Part shown: positions 1-13,124 of the stretch, piece after piece
How the letters are laid out: the number at the start of each line of letters is the position of its first letter
Numbering within the stretch: the first letter of the stretch is position 1
Source of the DNA: Nemertoderma westbladi
Taxonomy: Eukaryota > Animalia > Xenacoelomorpha
Direction of reading: 5' to 3'
DNA length: 64,000 nt
Assembly: GCA_032718475.1 (NCBI GenBank)
Contig: JAUCBJ010001978.1
Coordinates: 1 to 64,000 of the forward strand
Program-made: the position numbers and the translations under genes
Notes under the pieces: model-generated
What the model was told of the DNA's origin: nothing
Databases searched by the model: none
Seen by the model: the letters and a program-made list of their open reading frames with translations, nothing else

Positions 1-337
1 GTTTTAGGCTCGATAAAATTAAATTATAATAAAAATTATAATTGCGTTTTAACCCTTTGAATATTGACCGGAGGCAATATTTACCAGTAGCTAGAGCCGG
101 AAGGGTGGGGATTCCGTGTTTCCATCCACCAACCACATAGTCTGCAAATATTGCATAGTCTTTTTTCCCTGCCAGGTGTTGTACTAAAAGGTGACTCAAA
201 CAAATTTTGAACTATCCAATTCACACAACTAAAGCTTGAGTAAATCAGCCTTGCTTTAGTAGATATTACCACCAGAGTCGAGAAAGTTTGTATTTCATAG
301 AGCTCTTTCAGCTGATTATTCGACAGATAATTACCAA

Positions 338-601
338 CTACTACTAGGATCGGCATGCTGCATTGCAGCTGAATTTCCAAGAATGCTGTGCCGGCTTGTC
401 GAAAAAATTGCGCCGCCACAATTCCCTATCACCCATGACATTTGCTAGATCATCCGCATCTTCAAGGCCAGTGTCCTTTAAGATGCGTCTCAAGAAAGTC
501 ATGGGCTGTCCACCATGCTTATTCACTCCATGAGGCTGCCAAAGTACAAGATTATGCACTGGCTGGTCCTCACGGCGAAAGCAATGTCCTGCAATGTCTT
601 G
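338..601 (-). mobile_element. 5'-truncated LINE 3' end (same family as 45712-49005) with (TAG)n tail and 12-bp TSD
   Basis: 342-594 aligns closely with 45712-45964 (both translate HCFRREDQPVHNLVLW.PHGVNKHGGQPMTFLRRILKDTGLEDADDLANVMGDR). GATAATTACCAA flanks it at 326-337 and 602-613. CTACTACTAG tail at the stop codon. Confidence 0.9.
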
Positions 602-849
602 GATAATTACCAAAGCAAAGTAGAGATCTTTGGGCTTTTCGCCAAGTAACCTCAAGATTCCCAACTAAGGCCGCATCAATATTGGCTGACCCATACATGT
701 TATGTCTACAAAGGACATCATCTGTTGCTAATCCACTCGTACTAACTCTTGACACATTCATCCATATCTTCTTTATAAAATGATCAGTAATATTTTGTTT
801 GGAAGGCGGCAGGGGAACCCCAAATACATACATGGTTGATTCTAGTAAT

Positions 850-1230
850 GTCCCGACATTGTGGGGCGAGACACGTATGGCGAGCCATCAGCGAACTGAT
901 ATAATTATACTATGGCCGTTTCTCAAAAGTCTGTGTGTGTGTGTGTCAGTGTGTGTGTCGGAAGCCATAAATGTCGGAAGCCATAATCGAAGTTAATATC
1001 TTCAGCTAAATTGTATGGTTGAGTCATTTTGAACGATCTCTCCATGGAAATTAATAATTTAGCACCATACGATTAAAGTTATTTTGCACAGAAATTAGAT
1101 ATCTGGAATCCATGTACCCCATTCCATTATAGTTTTTTATTTTTTCAAGTGATTTGCGTTAATAAATGTATTTTTAATTGATTTAAACATAATTAACATT
1201 GTAAATTCATACGCTGATTCCATTCTCCCC
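850..1230 (+). mobile_element. Dispersed non-autonomous repeat, Helentron-associated (HINE/DINE-1)-like
   Basis: ATTGTGGGGCGAG near the start (also at ~39772), then a (GT/TCTG) microsatellite. The block CCATTCCATTATAGTTTTT...TTCAAG...AAATGT...TTTTTAAT at ~1119-1200 is shared with ~10805-10890. Family assignment is inference from architecture. Confidence 0.4.
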
Positions 1231-1616
1231 CATAGAGCCCAAGGCATGGCAAGGGCAGCCGTGCCCAATAATATTTCTTGAAGTTTTACATTACTGCAAG
1301 CTAAAGTCTTTGTCCAAGCCAGTGCCTAGGCTAGTACACAAGGACATAGTAGTAGTCCAGTAGAAGGAATAGTGCTGCTCCTTCAATACATCTCAACAGA
1401 CATCAATTCATTTGCCTGTGCCTACCAACGCGTGCTCCATAACATAACATATATTCTTGATTTCCATCACCTCTCACCACAATTATTATTATTAGTAATT
1501 AAAAGTTTCAATTCGGTTTGTCTTTCCGTTATCTGGTTATTCAGTTATTGCATTATTAATAAATAAATGTTTTAAAATATATCTTACGAAATATGGTTAA
1601 TAATTAAAACGTGTCG

Positions 1617-2155
1617 CTAACATTCTCGCTATGGGGGTTTTAAGGAGTGGTGATTACATTTCTGATGTCAGTTTTCACCTTTACATAAATCTAGTCTGTC
1701 TGTCGGTCGGTCATTCTGTCAGTCAGTCTGTCAAAACTTAAAAGATAATTCAAATTAACTAACATCCTCGCTATGGGGGTTTTAGGGGGTGCTGATTTCA
1801 TTTCTGATGTCAGTTTTCAGGTTTACATAAATCTAGTCTGTCTGTTTGTCGGTCTTTCTGTCAGTCAGTCAGTCTGTCAAAACTTAAAAAAGAATACAAA
1901 CTAACTAACATTCTCGTTATGGGGGTTTTAATGGGTGCTGATTTTATTTTAGATGTCAGTTTTCACGTTTAAAAAAATCTACTCTGTCTGGCTGTCGGTC
2001 TTTCTGTCAGTCAGTCTGTGAAAACTTAAGAAAGTATACTAACTAACCAACATTCTCGCTATGGGGGTTTTAAGGGTTGCTGATTTCATTTCTGATGTCA
2101 GTTTACACGTTTACATAAATCTAGTCTGTCTGTCTGTCGGTCTCTCTGTCAGTCT
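1617..2155 (+). repeat. Tandem repeat, ~142-146 bp unit x ~3.8, with internal (TCTG/TCAG) microsatellite
   Basis: CTAACATTCTCGCTATGGGGGTTTTA-type motif at 1617, 1759, 1905 and 2047. Confidence 0.9.
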
Positions 2156-2423
2156 GAACTACTGTACTGTGGTTGGCATTACGCCATATACCTAACACTA
2201 ATAATACAGTCTACAATAGAGCCTATCTACACTCTACAGTACAGAATGGATTTTTTGCCATGGAGAGCAATAAATGTCATTAATACTATCCACCAGTATA
2301 CCTACTCCAAGAGCCTTCCAATAAAACATGTATGCACATACTGCAACGTACTAAAACATACTGCACGTCTTAGTGCTATCCATGGTGACGTGCAGTGGAC
2401 GTCATTAGGCTCTAAGGGGTTAA

Positions 2424-2774
2424 GCAACACGGTCCCTACTTCGCCCTGTCGACACCCCAGCCATTTTTCACCAATCCTTTTTTAGAGTTTTTAAATTTTT
2501 TTGGTATTGGTGAAAGTTCTAAAACATTAGTAGATATGTTTTTTATGATAGCTAGTGTTTTTTTGCTAGCTAGTTTTTTTTGAAATTATATAAAATGTGA
2601 AAGTCCATGATATTTCAGGTTAAACTGTTGAAGAATATATTAATGACCAAAATAATTTCCAAAAATTACTAGCTAGTAAAAAATACTAAGGTTCTAGAAC
2701 ATTCACTAATATAAAAAAGCACTCAAAATCACAAAAAAAATAAAGGTTAAAAAACTCATTCGGGACCCTTTTGC
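2424..2774. mobile_element. Non-autonomous DNA transposon/MITE with TTAA target duplication (Kolobok-like)
   Basis: TTAA at 2420-2423 and 2775-2778. TIR GCAACACGGTCCC vs reverse complement GCAAAAGGGTCCC (11/13). Inverted symmetry continues inside (GGTGAAAGTTCTAAAAC..TAGCTAG vs CTAGCTAG..GTTCTAGAACATTCAC). Confidence 0.65.
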
Positions 2775-4479
2775 TTAAGGAGTCAAAATTGTAGAACAAA
2801 TTCCCGAAACAATTAAATCTTACACACTTAACACACACGAACTAATTTAATGTGTGTATTACTATGCCTGAATAATTAAATAGAAATTAAATTAATGAAC
2901 GCTATTTCAACATGAAATCTACGGAATCAATACACAACACACGCACACTACTGAATTTAAAAATTTATATAGGTTGCAACTTATATTTGGCTACCTTTTA
3001 ATGGGTGACTAATTTAATTATTCACCCCTATATATTTGTAGCCTTTTTAATTTGTGCCTCTAATTGAATCAAACATTAAACTAAAATATATGTAACAATA
3101 TTGGTCTGTCGGTAGCTGGTCAATGAATCTCTCATAAATTTGTTAATTAGTCGCTGTTCAGTCATTGAACATTTGAACACGTGCTGCTCGAAGACCCCAC
3201 AACGTGTTATAGTATACTTTCTTGTTCATTTGAAAGAGACCTCGCCCTGATGGAATTCTCACATAGTGTGTCTTCTTTACATTGAGCACTAAATCGTGCG
3301 CTTGTAAGTACAAATGAAGTACCAAAACACCAACTCTAACATCTCAAGAAACCTAAACACTAAATATAGTATATAGCATCACAACTACCTACTAGTACTG
3401 CAAATAAGTTACAATTGTTACACGTCACACAAGTGTCACAAGTTTTACGGTATTGTGATAGTTCCCCACCATCAGTTAAAATTAGAAAGATGAAAATATA
3501 AATTCCATGGAAAAATGGACTGCTTTAATAATCAGTCAGAATTCATGAAATTAGTACCGGTAGCCAAAAACTCTAAAGCTAATGTATAAGCTATTATTCA
3601 ACAATAACTAAACTTTAATCAAATCTAATCCTCAAATCTTAAAGTTAAAATATGTACGGTATATTCTATACAAATCCAAAAAGAAGTAATCCACCCTAAA
3701 CCACAACACAATTTAATTAATTATACTGTATTTTACAAGTTATTTTTATTTTCGCTGTGGGCAAATAAATATTAAATAATTTGACAGAAAAATAATAAGT
3801 TATAAAAATAACAAAAGAGAAAGTGTGTGTAGATTTCGCGGAAATGGGTAATTTACCAGCCAACCGTGACACTATTGTTACAGTAATACTTTCTTTTTCC
3901 TTGACCCTACTACATAGGAGTTTCTCTCCCTTATATAGCAATGCGCAATGTATAATAAGGTTTAAAGGGGCTTTTGTGATTGGTTGAATTTTATTGAATT
4001 ATTTATATTGCTTTGATGCCAAGGTTAGAAGTGTCATAGGCGACACACTTGAATGGAAGACGCCAAAGGATAAATGTATCCTCCTTGAGAGATACATCAT
4101 AGGCCTACCGTCGGAATTAAATGGATAATTTATTTATGAATATTTTGATGTGTACTTTTTATATTTTCCTTTAGGTTGGTTTAATCGCGATTTTGAACCG
4201 ATAGCTTTCACAGTCACTTCTTAGTTTATTGTTTTGGTTTGATTCCTTTTCCTGTGCTATCATGATCAGGGTGGGGTTACCCTGGGGTTACTGTCAAAAT
4301 TTTCCACAAATTCTGTAACTTCACTGTGGCGTATTCCCTATGATGAATGAACTAAGAAATTCAAAGTTTAAGACTGTCTCCAAAGGTCATAATATTCCCT
4401 TTTCGCCCCAATGTATTCTCTGTAACTATGTCATCTTAACTGCGATCCCAGGCATCCGCTACCGGAATCAGGGTATATT

Positions 4480-4920
4480 ATCTCCATTTTATGGATGTGT
4501 AAGTATGTCCGAAGAATATCATAGGTTAAACTATGATAATAAAAAGAAATGGGACTAGTGTGTTCCACTGAAGGACACCCCACATAACTTTAAATGAGCC
4601 GGATCTGATAGAATCAATGATTTCAACAGGAATCATATAGGTGGAATTATTTTGAACATGGTTGTCGGCACAAAGTCGAATTGCCTCCCAGGTGCCTGTA
4701 GGAAAACCATTCTGGTTGCTGAGAGGTTACCTTTCTTGGGGATTGGAATAAGTCGCTTTGTTTTCAATTCTTGTGGAGGACAGTTTTCTGATTTATCTCC
4801 ACGAGTATGAGGTGTAGCAGTCGTTGGTAGGCCTATTCTTATATATTGAAGAACTCCATCCATGTAACATGCACTCTTTATTTTAACCTTATTTGCAGCA
4901 GTCTTCACACATCTGCAAAT
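4480..4920 (-). pseudogene. Degenerate LINE reverse-transcriptase fragment related to the 45712-49005 element
   Basis: Minus strand gives PQELKTKRLIPIPKKGNLS, IPVEIIDSIRS and FKVMWGVLQWNTLVPFLFIIIV. These match GIPDEIIAAIRS and FEVLWGVLQGDTFAPFLFIIVV in ORF 46241-46957. Internal deletions and frameshifts; boundaries approximate. Confidence 0.75.
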
Positions 4921-5644
4921 GTTACATCCCTAATAGGGATGTCAGAGAATACCATATTCGAGTAATTCCACACAGTTACAGTTCGTCGTCTGTAACCACT
5001 CGGTCATTATAAAAAATAAAAAATAAAACCTTCAGAATGAATAATCACAACTACTCAATCAATAATTTAATTATTAATTACCTAATGAAATTTCATTACG
5101 ACTTTTAAAAAATGACATATAAGATGTCATAAAAACGATTACCTTGTGAAAATCTGAGGGGAACAATAAATCATTAGCTGTGTGATGATAAATGACAACC
5201 AAAGGAATAGTGAGGGGTTAATATGCCGCAAATTTTACCAGATGTTTGTGACAGCTATAAACTGAATGAATGGCTTGAAATACAATAAATAATTTTATAA
5301 GATAAAATATGGGCGAGCATTATAAATTATTATTATTATAATTAATATATAATTATATTAGAGGGTCGTATTATAATGATGTACTACGGATAATAATGAA
5401 GAAGTCATTACTGAGGTTATTCAAGATCATGCAATATGATCATTTTCAAATGATATAGGTTTAAAGTGAGAACCATTGGATAGTGCTCAAAGACTACTCA
5501 GCAGTACATAACAAGCAGCATCCAATGATGATCTATTTGTAAATGCCACAATGATCCAAACTCCTGACATCCAAACGGTGTATATAGTCTTCATTAAATA
5601 TAATATTAAGCATAATAATATAAGAATAATAATAAGAATATTAA

Positions 5645-8600
5645 GCAGCAGTCATCCAGTACCAATCGCTATCTATTACTGCAGCAGTCATCTAATACTG
5701 ATCGCTATCTATTACTGCAGCAGTCATCCGGTACCGATCGCTATATCTATTACTGCAGCAGTCTTCTAATACTGATCGCTATCTATTACTGCAGCAGTCA
5801 TCCGGTACCGATCGCTATATCTATTACTGCAGCAGTCATCCGGTACCGATCGCTATATCTATTACTGCAGCAGTCATCCGGTACCGATCGCTATATCTAT
5901 TACTGCAGCAGTCATCCGGTACCGATCGCTATATCTATTACTGCAGCAGTCATCCGGTACCGATCGCTATATCTATTACTGCAGCAGTCATCCGGTACCG
6001 ATCGCTATATCTATTACTGCAGCAGTCATCCGGTACCGATCGCTATATCTATTACTGCAGCAGTCATCCGGTACCGATCGCTATATCTATTACTGCAGCA
6101 GTCTTCTAATACTGATCGCTATCTATTACTGCAGCAGTCATCCGGTACCGATCGCTATATCTATTACTGCAGCAGTCATCCGGTACCGATCGCTATATCT
6201 ATTACTGCAGCAGTCATCCGGTACCGATCGCTATATCTATTACTGCAGCAGTCTTCTAATACTGATCGCTATCTATTACTGCAGCAGTCATCCGGTACCG
6301 ATCGCTATATCTATTACTGCAGCAGTCTTCTAATACTGATCGCTATCTATTACTGCAGCAGTCATCCTGTACCTATCGATATCTATTACTGCAGCAGTCA
6401 TCCAGTACCAATCGCTAATCTAATAAACTGCATCAGTAACCCGGTACAGATCATTATCTATTACTGCAGCATAGTCATCTGGTACTGATCGATATCTATT
6501 AATGCTGCAGTCATCCGGTACCGAACACTATCTACTGCTGCAGCAGTCATCCGGTACTGATTGCTATCTATTACTGCTGCAGTCATCATGTTCCAATCGA
6601 TATCTATTGCTGCAGCAGTCATCCGGTACCGATCGCTATATCTATTACTGCAGCAGTCATCCGGTACCGATCGCTATATCTATTACTGCAGCAGTCATCC
6701 GGTACCGATCGCTATATCTATTACTGCAGCAGTCATCCGGTACCGATCGCTATATCTATTACTGCAGCAGTCTTCTAATACTGATCGCTATCTATTACTG
6801 CAGCAGTCATCCGGTACCGATCGCTATATCTATTACTGCAGCAGTCTTCTAATACTGATCGCTATCTATTACTGCAGCAGTCATCCTGTACCTATCGATA
6901 TCTATTACTGCAGCAGTCATCCAGTACCAATCGCTAATCTAATAAACTGCATCAGTAACCCGGTACAGATCATTATCTATTACTGCAGCATAGTCATCTG
7001 GTACTGATCGATATCTATTAATGCTGCAGTCATCCGGTACCGAACACTATCTACTGCTGCAGCAGTCATCCGGTACTGATTGCTATCTATTACTGCTGCA
7101 GTCATCATGTTCCAATCGATATCTATTGCTGCAGCAGTCATCCGGTACCGATCGCTATATCTATTACTGCAGCAGTCATCCGGTACCGATCGCTATATCT
7201 ATTACTGCAGCAGTCATCCGGTACCGATCGCTATATCTATTACTGCAGCAGTCATCCGGTACCGATCGCTATCTATTACTGCAGCAGTCATCCGGTACCG
7301 ATCGCTATATCTATTACTGCAGCAGTCATCCGGTACCGATCGCTATATCTATTACTGCAGCAGTCATCCGGTACCGATCGCTATATCTATTACTGCAGCA
7401 GTCTTCTAATACTGATCGCTATCTATTACTGCAGCAGTCATCCGGTACCGATCGCTATATCTATTACTGCAGCAGTCTTCTAATACTGATCGCTATCTAT
7501 TACTGCAGCAGTCATCCTGTACCTATCGATATCTATTACTGCAGCAGTCATCCGGTACCGATCGCTATATCTATTACTGCAGCAGTCATCCGGTACCGAT
7601 CGCTATATCTATTACTGCAGCAGTCATCCGGTACCGATCGCTATATCTATTACTGCAGCAGTCATCCGGTACCGATCGCTATATCTATTACTGCAGCAGT
7701 CTTCTAATACTGATCGCTATCTATTACTGCAGCAGTCATCCGGTACCGATCGCTATATCTATTACTGCAGCAGTCTTCTAATACTGATCGCTATCTATTA
7801 CTGCAGCAGTCATCCTGTACCTATCGATATCTATTACTGCAGCAGTCATCCAGTACCAATCGCTAATCTAATAAACTGCATCAGTAACCCGGTACAGATC
7901 ATTATCTATTACTGCAGCATAGTCATCTGGTACTGATCGATATCTATTAATGCTGCAGTCATCCGGTACCGAACACTATCTACTGCTGCAGCAGTCATCC
8001 GGTACTGATTGCTATCTATTACTGCTGCAGTCATCATGTTCCAATCGATATCTATTGCTGCAGCAGTCATCCGGTACCGATCGCTATATCTATTACTGCA
8101 GCAGTCTTCTAATACTGATCGCTATCCATTACTGCAGCAGTCTTCTAATACTGATCGCTATCTATTACTGCAGCAGTCTTCTAATACTGATCGCTATCTA
8201 TTACTGCAGCAGTCTTCTACAGTAATACTGATCGCTATCTATTACTGCAGCAGTCATCCGGTACCGATCGCTATATCTATTACTGCAGCAGTCTTCTAAT
8301 ACTGATTGCTATCTATTACTGCAGCAGTCATCCGGTACCGATCGCTATATCTATTACTGCAGCAGTCTTCTAATACTGATCGCTATCTATTACTGCAGCA
8401 GTCATCCGGTACCGATCGCTATATCTATTACTGCAGCAGTCTTCTAATACTGATCGCTATCTATTACTGCAGCAGTCATCCGGTACCGATCGCTATATCT
8501 ATTACTGCAGCAGTCTTCTAATACTGATCGCTATCTATTACTGCAGCAGTCATCCGGTACCGATCGCTATATCTATTACTGCAGCAGTCTTCTAATACTG

Positions 8601-9598
8601 ATCGCTATCTATTACTGCAGCAGTCATCCGGTACCGATCGCTATATCTATTACTGCAGCAGTCTTCTAATACTGATCGCTATCTATTACTGCAGCAGTCA
8701 TCCTGTACCTATCGATATCTATTACTGCAGCAGTCATCCAGTACCAATCGTTAATCTAATAAACTGCATCAGTAACCCGGTACAGATCATTATCTATTAC
8801 TGCAGCATAGTCATCTGGTACTGATCGATATCTATTAATGCTGCAGTCATCCGGTACCGAACACTATCTACTGCTGCAGCAGTCATCCGGTACTGATTGC
8901 TATCTATTACTGCTGCAGTCATCATGTTCCAATCGATATCTATTGCTGCAGCAGTTATCTGGTACTAACTGATCACTATCTATTACTGCAGCAGTCATCC
9001 AGTACCGATCGCTATATCTATTACTGCAGCAGTCATCCAGTACCAATCGCTAATCTAATAAACTGCATCAGTAACCCGGTACAGATCATTATCTATTACT
9101 GCAGCATAGTCATCTGGTACTGATCGATATCTATTAATGCTGCAGTCATCCGGTACCGAACACTATCTACTGCTGCAGCAGTCATCCGGTACTGATTGCT
9201 ATCTATTACTGCTGCAGTTATCTGGTACTAACTGATCACTATATATTGCTGCAGCAGTCATCCAGTACTGACACCGATATCTATTACTGCTGCAGTCAAC
9301 TGGTACCGATCGTTATCTATTACTGATGCAGTCAACCGGGACTGATCGCTATATATTACTGCACCAGTCAACCAGTACCGATCGTTATCTATTACTGCAG
9401 CAGTCATCCAGTACTGACCACTAGCTATTACTGCACCAGACAACCAGTACTGATCGCTACAACACCAGTCAACCAGTATCGATCATTATCTATTACAACA
9501 CCAGTCAACCGGTACCGATCGCTATCTACTAAACTGCATCAGTCATCCGATACTGATCGCTATATTACTGCAGCATAGTTATCCGATACCGATCGCTA
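5645..9598. repeat. Satellite 1: 38-bp unit GCAGCAGTCATCCGGTACCGATCGCTATATCTATTACT with a 36-bp variant; higher-order structure
   Basis: Direct reading. The diverged cassette containing CATCAGTAACCCGGTACAGATC recurs at ~6431, 6950, 7879, 8767 and 9066. The right edge decays. Confidence 0.97.
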
Positions 9599-10429
9599 TT
9601 TAATTTGAATTGTAATGTTTGTGATGTTAAATCTGTGCAATTTTATATTTAATTATAGTTATTTTATTTTATTAAATATAATTATACTTTGAGAGAAGGG
9701 GAGTGGGAGAAATTGGCACAATTCCCACCAAAGCGAATAAATATTTTTTATCATTATATTAATTAATTGAAAGCAGAAGGGTACATTTGCACGTTATTCT
9801 AACCAAAACAATAAAAGAAGTCAATAGCAGTTGTCAATAACAGAAAGTCAATAGCATTTTGCTCTGGAGGGGGATGATTTTTGATTGCGAATAGTCCCCC
9901 CCTCCCCCTCTATCTTCTTAGATTTGATCAGGAAGTTTTGAACTGAAGATAAAACGTTGGTTAAACAAGCTTTTATAGTTCGGCTGCAAAGTTTATCTTC
10001 ATACTTCAATAAAGAAGTGCCCTATCATGAGGGCATAGGCAACTTTGCTAACTTTCTATTAGTTAGATTTAATTTGAAAATAGGTTGATAAGCTTACATT
10101 GATTGACATGAATATTCTTCGATATTCTTCCATGAAAGTCAACTCATTATATCCTTGCCTTATAATTTATAATAATTAGTTGTCTAGACATCGGCGTAAA
10201 TTATCCAGGATGTGCTCTCCCTGTATAAGTTATCATTATCAACTCTTTAATCTTATTTCCCGAAACGTCGTTAAAATAATAAGATTTTTAAAATAGTTGA
10301 TATTTCAGTTTGTTGTTTTAGTACTGGGCAATTTAATTTCTAAACTGCTTACAGACTACATTTTGTACCATAGAATTGGTTATTAACGTTCAAATATTCG
10401 GATTAATAGAACAAGGTTGATAAATGGTA

Positions 10430-10920
10430 ACCCCACTCAAGTCTCGCGAGCTTAACATACAGGTACCACTAACTCAATTGGTGTGTCTGTTGATCTGTTG
10501 CTCTGTTGCTCTGTTGTTCTCTTATTCTGTTGTGTCCAATTTTAAACGTTAATATTTCAGCCAAATGTTAATGAAATTTAACCAAACTTGGTACACATGT
10601 AGTCTGGCCAAAGTTTAGAAATTTTACAAGTTGAATTTTCGCGCGGCCTTCGAGAAGCTAAGATAATAGCAGTTAATTAGTTAATTAAGTTGATTAGGGT
10701 AAAAACATCAATTTCAACCTGCTTCCTTAAAGGATATTAATTATTTTCTAGTATAAGATTTAAATAATTATACTTAAAAGTTATACAGCTGTAATCGCCA
10801 TACACCATTCCATTATAGTTTTTAATTAGTTCAAGATATTTGCTTTAAGAAATGTGTTTTTAATGGATCTAAAAGTAATTAAATTAAAATGCATTCCATC
10901 ACTCTAAACTCATCATTCCT
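10430..10920 (+). mobile_element. Dispersed repeat, HINE/DINE-1-like
   Basis: CGCGAGCTTAACAT..(CTGTTGCT)n..GTGTCCAATTTTAAACGTTAATATTTCAGCCAA..AATGAAAT..AAACTTGGTACA is shared with ~39785-39890. Its 3' part is shared with ~1119-1200. Confidence 0.5.
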
Positions 10921-11934
10921 TGGCATTCTTGATATCGCAGTCTTCCACTGAGCTTGCTCTATCTTGCACAATGATTGGCTGAATTCAATGGTGATTCTTT
11001 AGATATTAGCTAAATGATTTCGTGAGGCATTGATTGACATGATAAATTAATATTTCAGTATCAATACTATCGGCATAAGGTAAGGGGAACTTTCCTCTCT
11101 TCTTTGATTTATTCTTATGGGCGGTTTGGTTAAATTTCTTATTTATTTATTTAAATTTCTTAAGTACCGATTTAGGGATAGAATTGCTCAATTTTAATCT
11201 GTATTTGATAACTGAGCCTCTTCCTGCGCGATGGCCCCATGAACGTGTAATACTTGGCATTTCACATAACTGCAATGTGTCACAAGTCGTGTTACATTAC
11301 GTTACTTCATGAGATAACATATATCCTACATTAATTAAAGACAGCGCAATCTATATTTAGTAAAAGCATCAATGTGAATCGATTAGAAATCTATATGAAA
11401 TGTTATAATCATATCATACTGCAATCTTTATTCAATATTCTCCCTTTTAAGAATTGATAACTTTTAGGTAACCGGAACTATTTCCCTTTCGCCTTTTACA
11501 TAATCCCAAACATCAATAAATCATGATAAATTCCTACAGTATCAGCTCTAAATGAAATACACCTTATAGGCCTCCGCAGCTACCCGGTACCACTCCTAAG
11601 CTGCACCTGACCTCTCGCGTCGTATTGATTTTCAGTCCATTCATCTTTCCGGGAAGCCGTATGTGAGAATTTCTCGTATTTACATTTTCCGTAGTTTGAA
11701 GTAAGTCTCGATATATTGTAAGTGTGTATTACATTAAATTCGTTTGAAAGATCTTTCCTTTCATTCTAAGCAGGGGTATTGTGTCAATGTTTCAATGAAA
11801 TGGGGCTACAAATCTAAACTCAACGTCCGCAGTTAATTACTTGCGGGCTGTATAGCCCGCAAGCTAATGGTAGAATAGAATAATGGTAGAATAAATGACA
11901 GAGGCTCTAGTAAGTCTACATCAACCGTACATTA

Positions 11935-12100
11935 CAGGTTGTCTTGGTGGTTATAACGCTGGTATTCCGCAAGGTCGTGAATTCGAGCCCCAGAAATGGA
12001 ACAGCCTAATTTTCGTTCAGCTGTTTACTCTAACTTCAACCCACGCATCTGTAATGGGAACTTTATATATGATGGGGGAGTAATTATTGGATAGAGAAGA
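11935..12100 (+). mobile_element. Possible degenerate tRNA-derived SINE
   Basis: TGGTGGTTATAACGCTGG followed by GGTCGTGAATTCGAGCCCC resembles a tRNA D-arm and T-arm (B box). No complete cloverleaf. Confidence 0.25.
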
Positions 12101-12569
12101 GGGTTTAGTAGTTATTTAGTGTGGTGTCCTTACAGGTAACAGCCAAGAGAGATGACCCTTTGGATGGCTCTCGTGTTTCATTTTTCACCTTCAAAGATAA
12201 CATAACACTCCAGATTAGGCCTATATAAAACACTGCAGAATATACACAAACATTACCGATTACATTACACAACTAGGAAAAAATAGCAGTGGCGCTATGC
12301 GATATACTGCACAGCACATATAATCTGTAGAAAATGACAACTACAGTACTAGCTACATAACGTCTTAGCGCCCATAACGCGATATTATATTTCGCATTAT
12401 TTTAACTTATATATTTTGAAATTGTAATTTTTTTGATTTCTTTAGGGGTTAGTAACTCTTACTTGTTTTTTGTTTTTGCTCGTACTATGTTAGTTTAGTG
12501 ATGCAGTGTTTCGGATTATTCATACCCAAATTTATCTTGTATTATTTAGATTATTTAGATCGCATTATA

Positions 12570-13124
12570 TGTTAGCTTATCCAATTCCGCTAACACAAAC
12601 CCATAGAGTGAGCCATAAAGCAATATTGGGAGCACGAGGTTGATTACCAATCAACCTCGTGTCAGCCCAGTAAACGGGGACAATAGGCCCCAAAGGAGAC
12701 ACACACAATAGGGGTCAGGGGCCAAACCCCTAACCCAGAGAGAACACAGGGAGTGAAGGGAAACACTCCAAAGGGTGCCAACAGGGGTATCAACCAATCA
12801 GAGGGGGGAAAGGCATCGATTGAGTAGCAATAAGGCCACTGTGCAATATATTACCGGTCATGCTATCCATTCACTTCAGTTTACTCAGTCTGTCACTACA
12901 GTCACGGTAGTACTGTAGTACGGTGACAATTTAGACCATCACCGCCGTCACCAATCACATATCATTCAGTATACCGGTTAACTGTGCTATCTACTATCAC
13001 TCTGTATTATATATATATCAGTCCATAATAACGACACTGGAACAACAACTCTTTTCATTCACACGGCGGGGACGCGTACATAAGCGACACCGGATAAACC
13101 GGGATCCTCTCGGATCCCGTCACA
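12570..13124 (+). repeat. 5' LTR (555 bp)
   Basis: TGTTAGCTTATCC...GATCCCGTCACA. Differs from the 3' LTR by 2 substitutions and 3 indels (1, 1 and 8 bp) on manual comparison. Confidence 0.97.
12843..12890 (+). promoter_or_regulatory. Putative LTR promoter (TATA-like plus initiator-like TCAGTT)
   Basis: GCAATATATTACCGGTC followed ~30 bp later by TTCAGTTTACTCAGTC. Both are conserved in the diverged solo LTRs. Confidence 0.45.

Noticed and set aside
2413-2423. piggyBac-like end AAGGGG-TTAA (similar ends at ~49, ~5213 and ~21242)
   Set aside because: No matching TIR partner could be paired with confidence.
5551-9443. ORFs in satellite 1, and resemblance of the 36-38-bp repeats to a CRISPR array
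   Set aside because: Units are head-to-tail with no unique spacers, there are no cas genes and the context is eukaryotic. The ORFs are repeat translations.
11653-11690. AAGCCGTATGTGAGAATTTCTCG resembling group II intron domain V
   Set aside because: The 3' strand (CACGTACGGTTC-like) and domain VI are missing.
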